DNA of 32,000 bases from Candidatus Lokiarchaeum ossiferum. Lineage in GTDB: Archaea > Asgardarchaeota > Lokiarchaeia > Sigyniarchaeales > Promethearchaeaceae. Below are positions 7,057-15,242 of this stretch, piece by piece. The notes beneath the pieces are model-generated. The model saw nothing but the letters and a program-made list of their open reading frames with translations. It did not search any database and was not told the DNA's origin. Position numbers and translations under genes: made by a program. The number at the start of each line of letters is the position of its first letter. Within the stretch, counting starts at the first letter, position 1. The stretch is taken from the NCBI GenBank assembly GCA_025839675.1, contig CP104013.1, positions 60,001 through 92,000 on the forward strand. The letters are read 5' to 3'.

Positions 7057-10023
7057 TTAATCTTCTTCCTCAAAAGGAACCCGAATAATTACCATTAAGG
7101 ATTTGATTTCATGAGGTTTCATGGGAAATTGGATCGAATTTTCATCCACCATCATTTTAGAATTGTTTATTCCATTATTCTGTATACGTTCCAAGAGATC
7201 CACTTCAAAGACTTTTGTTATGTTCACAAATTCTGGTAAGGAAAGTGTGCAAGATGTTTGAATTCCTCTAAATTCAACACATCTGACTATAACTGCAATT
7301 TCATACATACTTGGATTATAGAACCAATCCGGTGCTGCTCGCATGAATTCTTCGATCTCTTTCACTGTAGTGATTATCACATTTGGTTGATTGAGTTTGA
7401 AAAATGAGATTTTGTCATGGCTTGCATTCGTTGGGGCATAAATCATTGGAAAATTGTATTCATAGGCTTGTTTTAACACATTTAATTCATCGATTTCAGG
7501 TTCCACACATTCAATTGCCCATGGGATCCGATGAAATCCGTGATCTGTGTATTTCGATCTTTGCTCGTGATCAGAATCTAAACGAACAAACTTTGAATCG
7601 GGGGTCTGTAATTTTGGAGCCCGAAGTAAGGAAAGAGACACGGTATCTTCAGAAATCCCTAAACCATATTTTCCTTGTGAATACAAAACGAGATTTTTTT
7701 GGGTTTCATTCTCGAGTTTTTGAGTATAGCAGAGGGCAAATTGTTGGAAAGACATCTCAATCGGCAACTGGTGTCTTGTGGTCAAATCATTGAAGCTTTG
7801 ATGTTCAATTGAATAGGGTTTTCCGAAGGCAAATTTTTGAAATTTCTGAACACTATTGATTTCTAGTTTGAGGAACTTATTCTTTTCTCTCCAATCTACT
7901 AAGGTTTCACCGTAAATTTTCTTTTCTTTGCGATAAATACTAATTCGAGAGTGAAATCGGGAGCCATCTTTACTTTTATTATACTTAATAAGAATTGTGT
8001 GTCGAAGGGGGCCTCTTTCTTCAATTTCTATACTTTCCAAAGCAGGGAATTCGTTTTGTACAAGATAGTGACTTGGATCAATATGTATTGGATCTGAAAG
8101 CGATGGTTTTTCATGATAAAGTGTATGTTGGATCCCTTTTTCCCCTAATAAGTTGGTTTCTTGGTCATCATAACTTAAATGAGTGATGATCCCAGAATTA
8201 GCATCAATTTTGATTGTAATTAATTGTGAATTGAAAATATATTCTTCATTTTTAAGCTTAAATTTTTGGTTTGTTTCTTGGGTATGGGAAGGGGATTTTA
8301 AGAAAATTGTGTTCTCTAGGCCATAAGATTCAATATATGAACTTGGAGGGTGATAAATTAAAAGATAGTCTTTTGGAAGATTCTCAAACTCAAGTAATTC
8401 ATCCTTATCAGGAGACACGGTAGGGAGGAGCTTTTGGGATTCAAAACTTAATTCTTCAATTTCCTGAATTAATTTTGCATTTGAAACCAGAAAATTTTGT
8501 CCTGGGACGTCTTTTACACCTAATTGCATTTCACGATTGGATAAATAGGGGGAAAAAGAAACTTTTTGAACAAAAAGGGGTTTATTCTGATGATCTAAGG
8601 CATTATTATATGTTTTTCTATACACTGTTGAAAATCCATGACGTTTCCACCCCAATGGATTAAAAAGAGTATAAAGGTCATGTTTTATCTTTTTCTTGAG
8701 AAAATGCGCTGCATTCATTATTGCATTTTCTTGACCACTTGATAAATGAGAAATTACTTGGTGATAACTTTCGGCAGCATCTCTTATAACTTCGCAGATG
8801 GAATTACCGCCAATTATTTCTCTGTATTGATGCTTAAGGACTAATTGCCAATCTCGTTGAATTTCATCTTGAAAATGTTCTCGACCCAAGATTCCTGAAA
8901 TTGCAGATAGCGCTTCTGTTTGATGTAATAACACCTCAGAAGTGTGATTATTTTCTTTCATCATACCTGCTGTAGTATAAATTCCTGAGTTTCGATGGAA
9001 TAATATTGCATCACCCCACGTTGGAATTCTATTGTGATGAGAATGCAATTTTTCAAAGTGTTTCTTAAAAGACACATTTTCAACCAGTTTCGCCTGCTCC
9101 CAAAGCATCTTCTCCATTATTTCGAAAGGAAGGGGGCCAAATTTTGTATTTGGTGCGCCATAAGGATTGATTATTGCTGGTATCACTTCGTTCGACAGGT
9201 TGTTCTGAATTGTTTCATTAGAGGTTGTCCGGTTAAATGAAATGCTTCTTTCTGGTTGAAGAAAATAATTTCGGTCTTTTATTTTGGATAAAAAATTAGA
9301 ATATTTTAGAGCACTTTGAGCCGAAACCGCAATCGATGTGTGATCATGAGCTGTCCACATGAAATTTACAAACGGAAATGGGAATTCGCCCTTATTCTTA
9401 TCCTTAGGATCATCTAATACATTAATAAAAGCAGATTTTATTCCACTTTTCGACATTATTTGGGCTAGGATGTGAGGTAACTCCGAATAGCAATCAAACC
9501 ATGCTACTTCTGCTAATTGGCTAAATTTAGCGGCAATGAAACGTTGACCATAGAGTTTTTGTCTAATGAGTGATTCACCATCAATGCAGCTTGCATCATA
9601 ATTAACCAAATCCCCACCTATAATATTCCATTTACCTTCTTGTACTTGCGTTTGGATTTCCTGTAAAGTTTCTGGAAAATCTTTCTTTAACCATTGATAA
9701 GGGATAGTAGAAGGTAGTGTGCATGATAAAGTTTCAAAATTATAGGCTTCCATATTATAAATTGCTCTCGCAATGATGGGTTCTGAAATTTTTTCTCTAC
9801 AATCCGACAAGCGCCATTTTCCAGCAAGATTTAATGAGATTATTCCACTATAAGTAAGTTTTGGGCTCTTAATTTTCTCGAGTTGATTCAAAGGATCGTA
9901 TAATTTGGCGATTTTTTTGAATTTCCATTTGTACATATTTACAAGGACTTGTGAATGTTTCTTAAATAGTCCATCAATCATTATTTTTTCCAGAAAGGTT
10001 TTTTTTTTTGCCCAATCAACCAT
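7057..10023 (-). CDS. GH38 alpha-mannosidase-family protein (cytoplasmic type), with apparently degenerate metal-binding motifs
   Basis: 988 aa. GKWNIIGGDLVNYDASCIDGESLIRQKLYGQRF matches the GH38 core G.WE.vGGmWvE.D.N.psGESLvRQ.l.G.rf. FHRNSGIYTTAG matches HRGtYTS. No signal peptide. Confidence 0.8.
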   Translation of the reverse strand: MVDWAKKKTFLEKIMIDGLFKKHSQVLVNMYKWKFKKIAKLYDPLNQLEKIKSPKLTYSGIISLNLAGKWRLSDCREKISEPIIARAIYNMEAYNFETLSCTLPSTIPYQWLKKDFPETLQEIQTQVQEGKWNIIGGDLVNYDASCIDGESLIRQKLYGQRFIAAKFSQLAEVAWFDCYSELPHILAQIMSKSGIKSAFINVLDDPKDKNKGEFPFPFVNFMWTAHDHTSIAVSAQSALKYSNFLSKIKDRNYFLQPERSISFNRTTSNETIQNNLSNEVIPAIINPYGAPNTKFGPLPFEIMEKMLWEQAKLVENVSFKKHFEKLHSHHNRIPTWGDAILFHRNSGIYTTAGMMKENNHTSEVLLHQTEALSAISGILGREHFQDEIQRDWQLVLKHQYREIIGGNSICEVIRDAAESYHQVISHLSSGQENAIMNAAHFLKKKIKHDLYTLFNPLGWKRHGFSTVYRKTYNNALDHQNKPLFVQKVSFSPYLSNREMQLGVKDVPGQNFLVSNAKLIQEIEELSFESQKLLPTVSPDKDELLEFENLPKDYLLIYHPPSSYIESYGLENTIFLKSPSHTQETNQKFKLKNEEYIFNSQLITIKIDANSGIITHLSYDDQETNLLGEKGIQHTLYHEKPSLSDPIHIDPSHYLVQNEFPALESIEIEERGPLRHTILIKYNKSKDGSRFHSRISIYRKEKKIYGETLVDWREKNKFLKLEINSVQKFQKFAFGKPYSIEHQSFNDLTTRHQLPIEMSFQQFALCYTQKLENETQKNLVLYSQGKYGLGISEDTVSLSLLRAPKLQTPDSKFVRLDSDHEQRSKYTDHGFHRIPWAIECVEPEIDELNVLKQAYEYNFPMIYAPTNASHDKISFFKLNQPNVIITTVKEIEEFMRAAPDWFYNPSMYEIAVIVRCVEFRGIQTSCTLSLPEFVNITKVFEVDLLERIQNNGINNSKMMVDENSIQFPMKPHEIKSLMVIIRVPFEEED

Positions 10024-10196
10024 TTTTTTTTCCTCTAGAGATTAATCCAATGTTATACTTGGGAAACGGAATGTTAATAATCTTGTTGTCTTATGAGAGA
10101 AATTCTCAAAATTATTAAAAGTCTAAAAAACCAAGGGGCTACTTCAATTAAAAAATTCGATTCCATAATATATTTCTATACAAGTAGTGTGATTTG

Positions 10197-10703
10197 ATGA
10201 CTGAATCTACAGAATATGTTCAATTATTGCAAAATTATTATGGAGATTTTTTTGAACCTTTGAATTGGGAAACTGCCAACAAAAAGTGTCGGAACTTCTT
10301 TGCCAAGATTACAAAAGGAAAAAAAACCATATTCAATCGGAAATTTATCAATTCTTCTTCTTTGGATGATCGAGTTGTTTTTAATCAAAAACATTTTCCC
10401 GCTGGAGAAATAATTGAGCAAAAATCTACTTTTATTAAAGGAACTAAACAGGAAACAACATTTCATGGATTTTTTATCGTACATTTAAAAGAAAATGGTA
10501 TTTACGGGGAAAAAATTTCTCAAAAGGATGCCTTAGAATTTTTTGATTTGAAACAAAAACTTCCCGAACTCCAAAGTAACGAGAAAAACAATTTACGCGT
10601 TAAATTAGGGACTGTTGTTAGGAAATTAACTTCAAAATATGGAGAAGCAATGATTTCTGAAGTTTTAACCGATATCTTAGAAGAATATTTTCCTAATGTT
10701 TAA
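10197..10703 (+). CDS. Hypothetical protein
   Basis: The ORF track starts at TTG 10194, and the ATG is at 10197. It lies between the two glycosidase genes, 39 nt upstream of the GH2 gene. No family recognised. Confidence 0.45.
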   Translation: MTESTEYVQLLQNYYGDFFEPLNWETANKKCRNFFAKITKGKKTIFNRKFINSSSLDDRVVFNQKHFPAGEIIEQKSTFIKGTKQETTFHGFFIVHLKENGIYGEKISQKDALEFFDLKQKLPELQSNEKNNLRVKLGTVVRKLTSKYGEAMISEVLTDILEEYFPNV

Positions 10704-10742
10704 CAAACAAAAGTTTTTTGCCTTTTTTAATCTATTATTATT

Positions 10743-12575
10743 ATGGTTGGAATAGACCAAAAACGAATTATTCTAAGTGATTCTTTCTGGATGTTTAGAT
10801 TTTTGAAAGATGATGAAGAAATCACTTCACAAATTCTAAAAGAGGGATTACCACTTACCGAAGAAACTTTAAAAGTGTATGTCCCCTCATCTTGGGCACT
10901 TTACCAGAATCGGAAACATTTTTATCATTTTGGGCGCGGATTATATGAGATGAATTTCTACCTTCCCTACCGATGGGGTTCTGGGGATGGGAAGAAAGTG
11001 ACCCTTGTTTTCAATGGTTCAAATTACAAAACTACGGTCTGGATTAATGGGAAAAAAGTTGGTTTCCATGAAGGAGGTTATACTAAATTTTGGTTTGAAA
11101 TAAATGATTTCGTTGTATTTGGTAAAGAAAACCGAATTACTATCGAAGTTGACAATCGCTATATGGAAAATCGGTTACCTTGGTTTGAATCGCCCGAATG
11201 GATGAATTATGGAGGTATCTATCGTCCAGTGTACTTAAAATTAACTTCCCAAGTTTGCTTCGATGATTTTAAAATTACAAACGACCTCGAATTTGATAAA
11301 CCATTGGGTTTGGGATCTCAAAGTTGTAAAGCGAAACTAAATGTTCGTTTTTTGGTAAAAGATCATAGTGATCATCGCAAAGATTTTGAGGGTAGCATTA
11401 TTGCCATTCTAAAAAATTCTGAAGAACTTGACTCCATTGAAGTTCCATTTAAGTTTAAAGATAAAAATGAACGATATGTTGATATATCACTCAATATTGA
11501 GAATCCTCACCTATGGTCACCTGAGGATCCATATATGCATGAGTTAACTTTTCAACTCATCGACAAAAAGGACCGCAAAGAAATTGATCGGGAAAAAATG
11601 AAATGGGGATTTCGTGATTTTGTAATCTCCGGCAAAGATTTTTATCTTAATAATAAACCGATTGTATTACGCGGAATTAGTCGTCATGAAGATCATCCCG
11701 ATGTAGGGTCTTCAATGAATCCTCGTCTTATTTATAACGATTTAAATATTATGAAAGGGGCTGATATCAATTGTATTCGAACCTCTCATTATCCTCCCCA
11801 TGAATCACTCCTGGATTTTGCCGATGAGATGGGATTTTTAGTTTTGGAAGAAATCCCCGTCTATCGCTTGAGAAAAGAGCATTATACTCCCGAAATGTTA
11901 ATAAATGCCCAGCAACAATTATGGGAGATGATTCATCGGGACAAAAACAAATGTTCTGTTATTGCGTGGATTGTTTCAAGTGAATGCGATACTGAAAGCG
12001 AAGAAGGAAATAAATTCATGTCCACTTTGTTACAAATTTCTCGCGATTTGGATCCCACCCGCTATCATACTTTGGTAACTGAAAAACCTCTTCTTGACAC
12101 TACCATGGATTTGGTCGATTTTGTCTGTGCTAATGTCTATATTGGATGGTATGATAATTATGATGTAAGTCCGAAAGATGCTGCAGCAGAAATTGATCTA
12201 ATCTGGAAAAAAATGAACACTCTCGATCATATTAAACCTTTAATGATTTCGGAGTTTGGAGCCGGGGCCATTTCGGGCTTCAAATCATTCGCAAATGCTC
12301 GATGGAGTGAAAATTATCAATACGATCTCTTGCGTGAATATTTAGATATCATAATTGACAAGGATTATATCAATGGTGCCTGTATTTGGCATTTTCAAGA
12401 TTTTCGATGCAGTCCAGTCCAAGGTTTTCACGAAAGGCCCAAAGAATACAACAATAAAGGCATCGTTGATATGCATCGAGATCCTAAAATAAGTTATTAC
12501 ATTGTACAACGAAGATATGAGAAATGGAAAAAAATGATTGAACAACAAAATTCCATTATTCAAAAACAGGAATAA
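10743..12575 (+). CDS. GH2 glycoside hydrolase (beta-glucuronidase/beta-galactosidase-like)
   Basis: 610 aa. Sugar-binding domain VWINGKKVGFHEGGYTKF, then RGISRHEDHP and CIRTSHYPPH. The acid/base region is WIVSSEC (E414) and the nucleophile region is MISEFGAG (E504). No signal peptide. Confidence 0.85.
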   Translation: MVGIDQKRIILSDSFWMFRFLKDDEEITSQILKEGLPLTEETLKVYVPSSWALYQNRKHFYHFGRGLYEMNFYLPYRWGSGDGKKVTLVFNGSNYKTTVWINGKKVGFHEGGYTKFWFEINDFVVFGKENRITIEVDNRYMENRLPWFESPEWMNYGGIYRPVYLKLTSQVCFDDFKITNDLEFDKPLGLGSQSCKAKLNVRFLVKDHSDHRKDFEGSIIAILKNSEELDSIEVPFKFKDKNERYVDISLNIENPHLWSPEDPYMHELTFQLIDKKDRKEIDREKMKWGFRDFVISGKDFYLNNKPIVLRGISRHEDHPDVGSSMNPRLIYNDLNIMKGADINCIRTSHYPPHESLLDFADEMGFLVLEEIPVYRLRKEHYTPEMLINAQQQLWEMIHRDKNKCSVIAWIVSSECDTESEEGNKFMSTLLQISRDLDPTRYHTLVTEKPLLDTTMDLVDFVCANVYIGWYDNYDVSPKDAAAEIDLIWKKMNTLDHIKPLMISEFGAGAISGFKSFANARWSENYQYDLLREYLDIIIDKDYINGACIWHFQDFRCSPVQGFHERPKEYNNKGIVDMHRDPKISYYIVQRRYEKWKKMIEQQNSIIQKQE

Positions 12576-13263
12576 GGGGTATTCTAAATAGTTTCCAAAT
12601 ATTAGCACTTTCTTTATTTACTTTTTTTATTATATTTTTGAATGTAATATGTTCTTTTTGATAATCACGAATTTGGTTCCAAATCACATCGTGATGTTTT
12701 CTAATTTTGTCATAATTTAAGGGTAGATCTGCATAAATGGAATTTAATGAGATAAGCAACTCTTTTGCTTCAGACTTCTTAACGTTTCGATTTATGGCAA
12801 TTCCCAAAATATGCATTAAATAACTGGAAAACATATGTGCTTTCATTTTTAGAACTTCATCTTTAATGAACTTGTCAATTCCATCAAAGTTAAACCTTCC
12901 ACGTAAAATAAAATCCTCAATTTCTTGCATATAAACATTTTCAAATCGATTAATTATTGCCCGAGTCATTACATCTAATTCGTAGTATGCTTTTAAGTCT
13001 AAATCTTCCAATCCTCTTATTAAAAGGGTTGCATGAATTTTATTGCCTAAAGACATACGAAGCTCGGTATCCCCTCGAAGGATTCTAAAAGTTCGATCCT
13101 GTCCACCTATTCCTAATTCGTTGAAAAATAATGAACTGGCAGCTAAAAATCCTGAAACTAATTGAATATCCACGCTTGATTGTTGGTTTGGGTTATTAAA
13201 ATTATAATAATAAATCGACATTGATTCATAGTGAATAAAAATTTCAAGTGACCCGTTAAGCAT
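12556..13263 (-). CDS. Longin/roadblock-like domain protein with a helical C-terminal extension
   Basis: 235 aa. The N-terminal about 120 aa (LEIFIHYESMSIYYYNF ... VDIQLVSGFLAASSLFFNELG ... FRILRGDTELRMSLGNKIHATLLIRG ... ELDVMTRAIINRFENVY) fits a longin-like beta-beta-alpha-beta-beta-beta-alpha pattern. The 3' end overlaps the convergent GH2 gene by 20 nt. Confidence 0.55.
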   Translation of the reverse strand: MLNGSLEIFIHYESMSIYYYNFNNPNQQSSVDIQLVSGFLAASSLFFNELGIGGQDRTFRILRGDTELRMSLGNKIHATLLIRGLEDLDLKAYYELDVMTRAIINRFENVYMQEIEDFILRGRFNFDGIDKFIKDEVLKMKAHMFSSYLMHILGIAINRNVKKSEAKELLISLNSIYADLPLNYDKIRKHHDVIWNQIRDYQKEHITFKNIIKKVNKESANIWKLFRIPLIPVFE

Positions 13264-13479
13264 ACCTATTATATGATGTTTTTGCCTAAAAAATTGTAGA
13301 TTTTATGCTAAAAATTTATTTGAACAGAATCAAGATTATATGAATCGACATTATTGGAAAGTTTCGAAAATTTTTTTATGTATCGAATATTATTGATCTT
13401 GAATTTAGTTTTATTTCATCTTATTTTATTTAGATAAATAATGAATATCTGAAAGAGAAATACCACGAGGTAGAATTCA

Positions 13480-13779
13480 ATGCCACGTAAAAGTAAAGCA
13501 CAGAAGAAAGAAGAGGTTCAAGAACTATTTGAACAAGTAGAATTCCTTTTAGAACGAATTAATGCTGATAACGGAGTTCCAAGAAATATCCGAAAAATTG
13601 CACAAGAATCGCTGACAACCATTGGTCGCCTTGATGAGAAAGAAAACGGTCCTGCTGTCTGTGCCAGTTCCTGCGTAACCTTATTAGAAGACATCGCCCA
13701 AGATCTCAATTGTCCCCTTCATACTCGCACTCAAATTTATCAAATTTTATCCATTTTAGAACAAGTGCGTGATTATTAA
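13480..13779 (+). CDS. UPF0147 family protein (archaea-specific small helical protein)
   Basis: 99 aa. NGVPRNIRKIAQES ... LEDIAQDLNCPLHTRTQIYQILSILE matches the remembered UPF0147 signature (VPRNIRR ... P.H.RT.IW...S.LE). GAGGT lies about 8 nt upstream of the ATG. Confidence 0.75.
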   Translation: MPRKSKAQKKEEVQELFEQVEFLLERINADNGVPRNIRKIAQESLTTIGRLDEKENGPAVCASSCVTLLEDIAQDLNCPLHTRTQIYQILSILEQVRDY

Positions 13780-13831
13780 TTTTTTTATAATTTTTATTTC
13801 TATAAATTTGAAAAATGGTATTGAAAAAAGG

Positions 13832-14599
13832 TTATTCTGAGTATCCGGAAGAATCATAGGCTCCTTTTGGAGGTTTTTTGATATCTTCTTCATCTAACTC
13901 TTCATCTCTTCTTGAGATCTCTTTTTCTTTAGATGTAGCATTCATTATTTCGTCATAATATTTGCGTCCTTTATGAAGATAATATATGTTTCTCAAATCT
14001 CTTACGGTGATATATCCCCAAAATGAAAAAGGGAGAATATACAATAATATCCCCCACCATGTGAATGATGTAATTGAAATAAAATAAGTAAATAGAAAAT
14101 AAATCGAAGTAAATAAACTGATCGCAAATAAAATCATTCTTCGTTTTGAATTTTTCTCAAATGTACCATGCTCTAAACCCGCATAACAAGTGCAACATAT
14201 AACCGGCATATTGACATGGTGTTTTTCCTTATAATATAGCGACATTAAAATCGAAAAAGGACGATCTATCTTCATTCCACATAGTTGGCATCGAATTTTT
14301 AATTTTAGCCGATCATTTTCAATTTTATCTACTTCACTTTTTGGGAAAAAGCAATTATCATTTTTATAGTGATCACAGTGCTTACAATTAAGCATTTTCT
14401 CAAATTCAATGGGAAATCGTTTTTTCAAATTTGTTTGGATGATTTTATCATAGTCTGTCTGGTGTTTACAATATGGAATTCCATCTTCATCAATTGTCCA
14501 TTCTGGCTGGATAATTCCGTCTTCATCATATATTTTTTCTTCATCCAAATTTGTGTCAATGGCTAGGTTTTTTTTTATATCATCTTTTCTATGGACCAT
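13832..14599 (-). CDS. Hypothetical Cys-rich (zinc-ribbon-like) protein with two C-terminal TM helices and an acidic tail
   Basis: 255 aa. The Cys pairs CKHC, CQLC and CCTC are followed by hydrophobic helices (MILFAISLFTSIYFLFTYFISI, WWGILLYILPFSFWGYI). Confidence 0.55.
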   Translation of the reverse strand: MVHRKDDIKKNLAIDTNLDEEKIYDEDGIIQPEWTIDEDGIPYCKHQTDYDKIIQTNLKKRFPIEFEKMLNCKHCDHYKNDNCFFPKSEVDKIENDRLKLKIRCQLCGMKIDRPFSILMSLYYKEKHHVNMPVICCTCYAGLEHGTFEKNSKRRMILFAISLFTSIYFLFTYFISITSFTWWGILLYILPFSFWGYITVRDLRNIYYLHKGRKYYDEIMNATSKEKEISRRDEELDEEDIKKPPKGAYDSSGYSE

Positions 14600-14736
14600 T
14601 TTTTATTCTCTGAGAAACTCGATTAAACTAAAGCTTACCTATATAAAATAAAGATATCCCATATAAATAATATTTTCTTTTGCTTTAGAAGCAATTTTAT
14701 TATCATAGCCTTAAAAAATATGAATAACTCCAAATG

Positions 14737-14746
14737 AAAAAAAAAA
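14737..14746 (-). terminator. T10 run (oligo-T terminator candidate) closing the 3' UTR of the candidate selenoprotein gene
   Basis: A10 on the plus strand equals U10 in the minus-strand transcript, directly after the structured element 14748..14815. Confidence 0.4.
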
Positions 14747-14747
14747 C

Positions 14748-14815
14748 CAAAGGATGTGTTTGCATTTGAATCAAATTCCCCCAAAGTTTTTTGAGAATTT
14801 TCATTTTCACCTTTG
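14748..14815 (-). promoter_or_regulatory. Candidate SECIS-like 3' UTR stem-loop
   Basis: In transcript sense, the basal helix is CAAAGGUG / CA(U)CCUUUG (8 bp, 1 bulge). An internal loop follows, then AUGA-[AAAUUC]...[GAAUUU]-GAU, which allows tandem sheared A.G/G.A plus U.U next to a 6-bp helix. A CAAA/UUUG mini-helix with an A-rich AAAC apical loop tops it. The element starts 19 nt after the TAA stop. Folded by hand only. Confidence 0.3.
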
Positions 14816-14834
14816 TTGAAGTGCAAAGAGCACT

Positions 14835-15149
14835 TTAATATGTTAATGAAAGATACCGATACATACCCAGTTTTTCTAAAGCAATCGAAGCGTTTTCAAC
14901 AAGCAACTTCATTTCGACATCTAAATATACCGGACATGGACACTTGTTGACTTTATACTCCATATATTGAACTTTAGCATGTAACAAATTTGTTTCTGAT
15001 TGAAAAGGATATTCAACATGTTTGATCTGTGTCGTTCTTTCGATCCCTCATCATCCTTTCTTTTTTGCATAGTAAATCAATAGAACTGGTTTATCCATCT
15101 TTTTTCCATGACGTAAAAGAAATTCTGCGGTTTCATCAGTTATTTGCAT
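14835..15149 (-). CDS. Candidate small selenoprotein with tandem in-frame TGA codons (G-U-U-G); the N-terminal half resembles HesB/IscA-like proteins
   Basis: Not in the ORF track. Manual translation gives MQITDETAEFLLRHGKKMDKPVLLIYYAKKKG-TGA-TGA-GIERTTQIKHVEYPFQSETNLLHAKVQYMEYKVNKCPCPVYLDVEMKLLVENASIALEKLGMYRYLSLTY-TAA. The frame stays open for 70 codons beyond the TGAs (15048..15053). The gene fills an otherwise empty 640-bp gap on the same strand as its neighbours. Confidence 0.45.
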
Positions 15150-15242
15150 CAAAATTATTACCAATTTCTAATAGAACTTAATAAAATAAAAATCCAGATA
15201 AAATGTTGATAAAAAAAATTGGAAAAGATGTACTTATGGGAA

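Noticed and set aside
11967-11987. The GH2 acid/base motif reads W-I-V-S-S-E-C instead of the usual W-S-x-x-N-E, which raised the possibility of an inactive enzyme
   Set aside because: Both catalytic Glu positions (E414 in SSE, E504 in SEFG) and the other GH2 blocks are retained. An Asn->Ser change next to the acid/base alone is not enough to call a pseudo-enzyme.
14635-14826. 63-aa TTG-initiated ORF in the gap downstream of metG
   Set aside because: It has a non-ATG start and a low-complexity translation. It spans the T10 terminator and the structured 3' UTR element. The TGA-containing ORF at 14835..15149 explains the gap better.
15044-15056. AUGAUGA (C-box-like) sequence on the minus strand, which raised the possibility of a C/D box sRNA instead of a recoded ORF
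   Set aside because: No CUGA D or D' box occurs at an appropriate distance, and there is no terminal stem or second C' box. The motif is simply the GGA-TGA-TGA-GGG codon run read out of frame.
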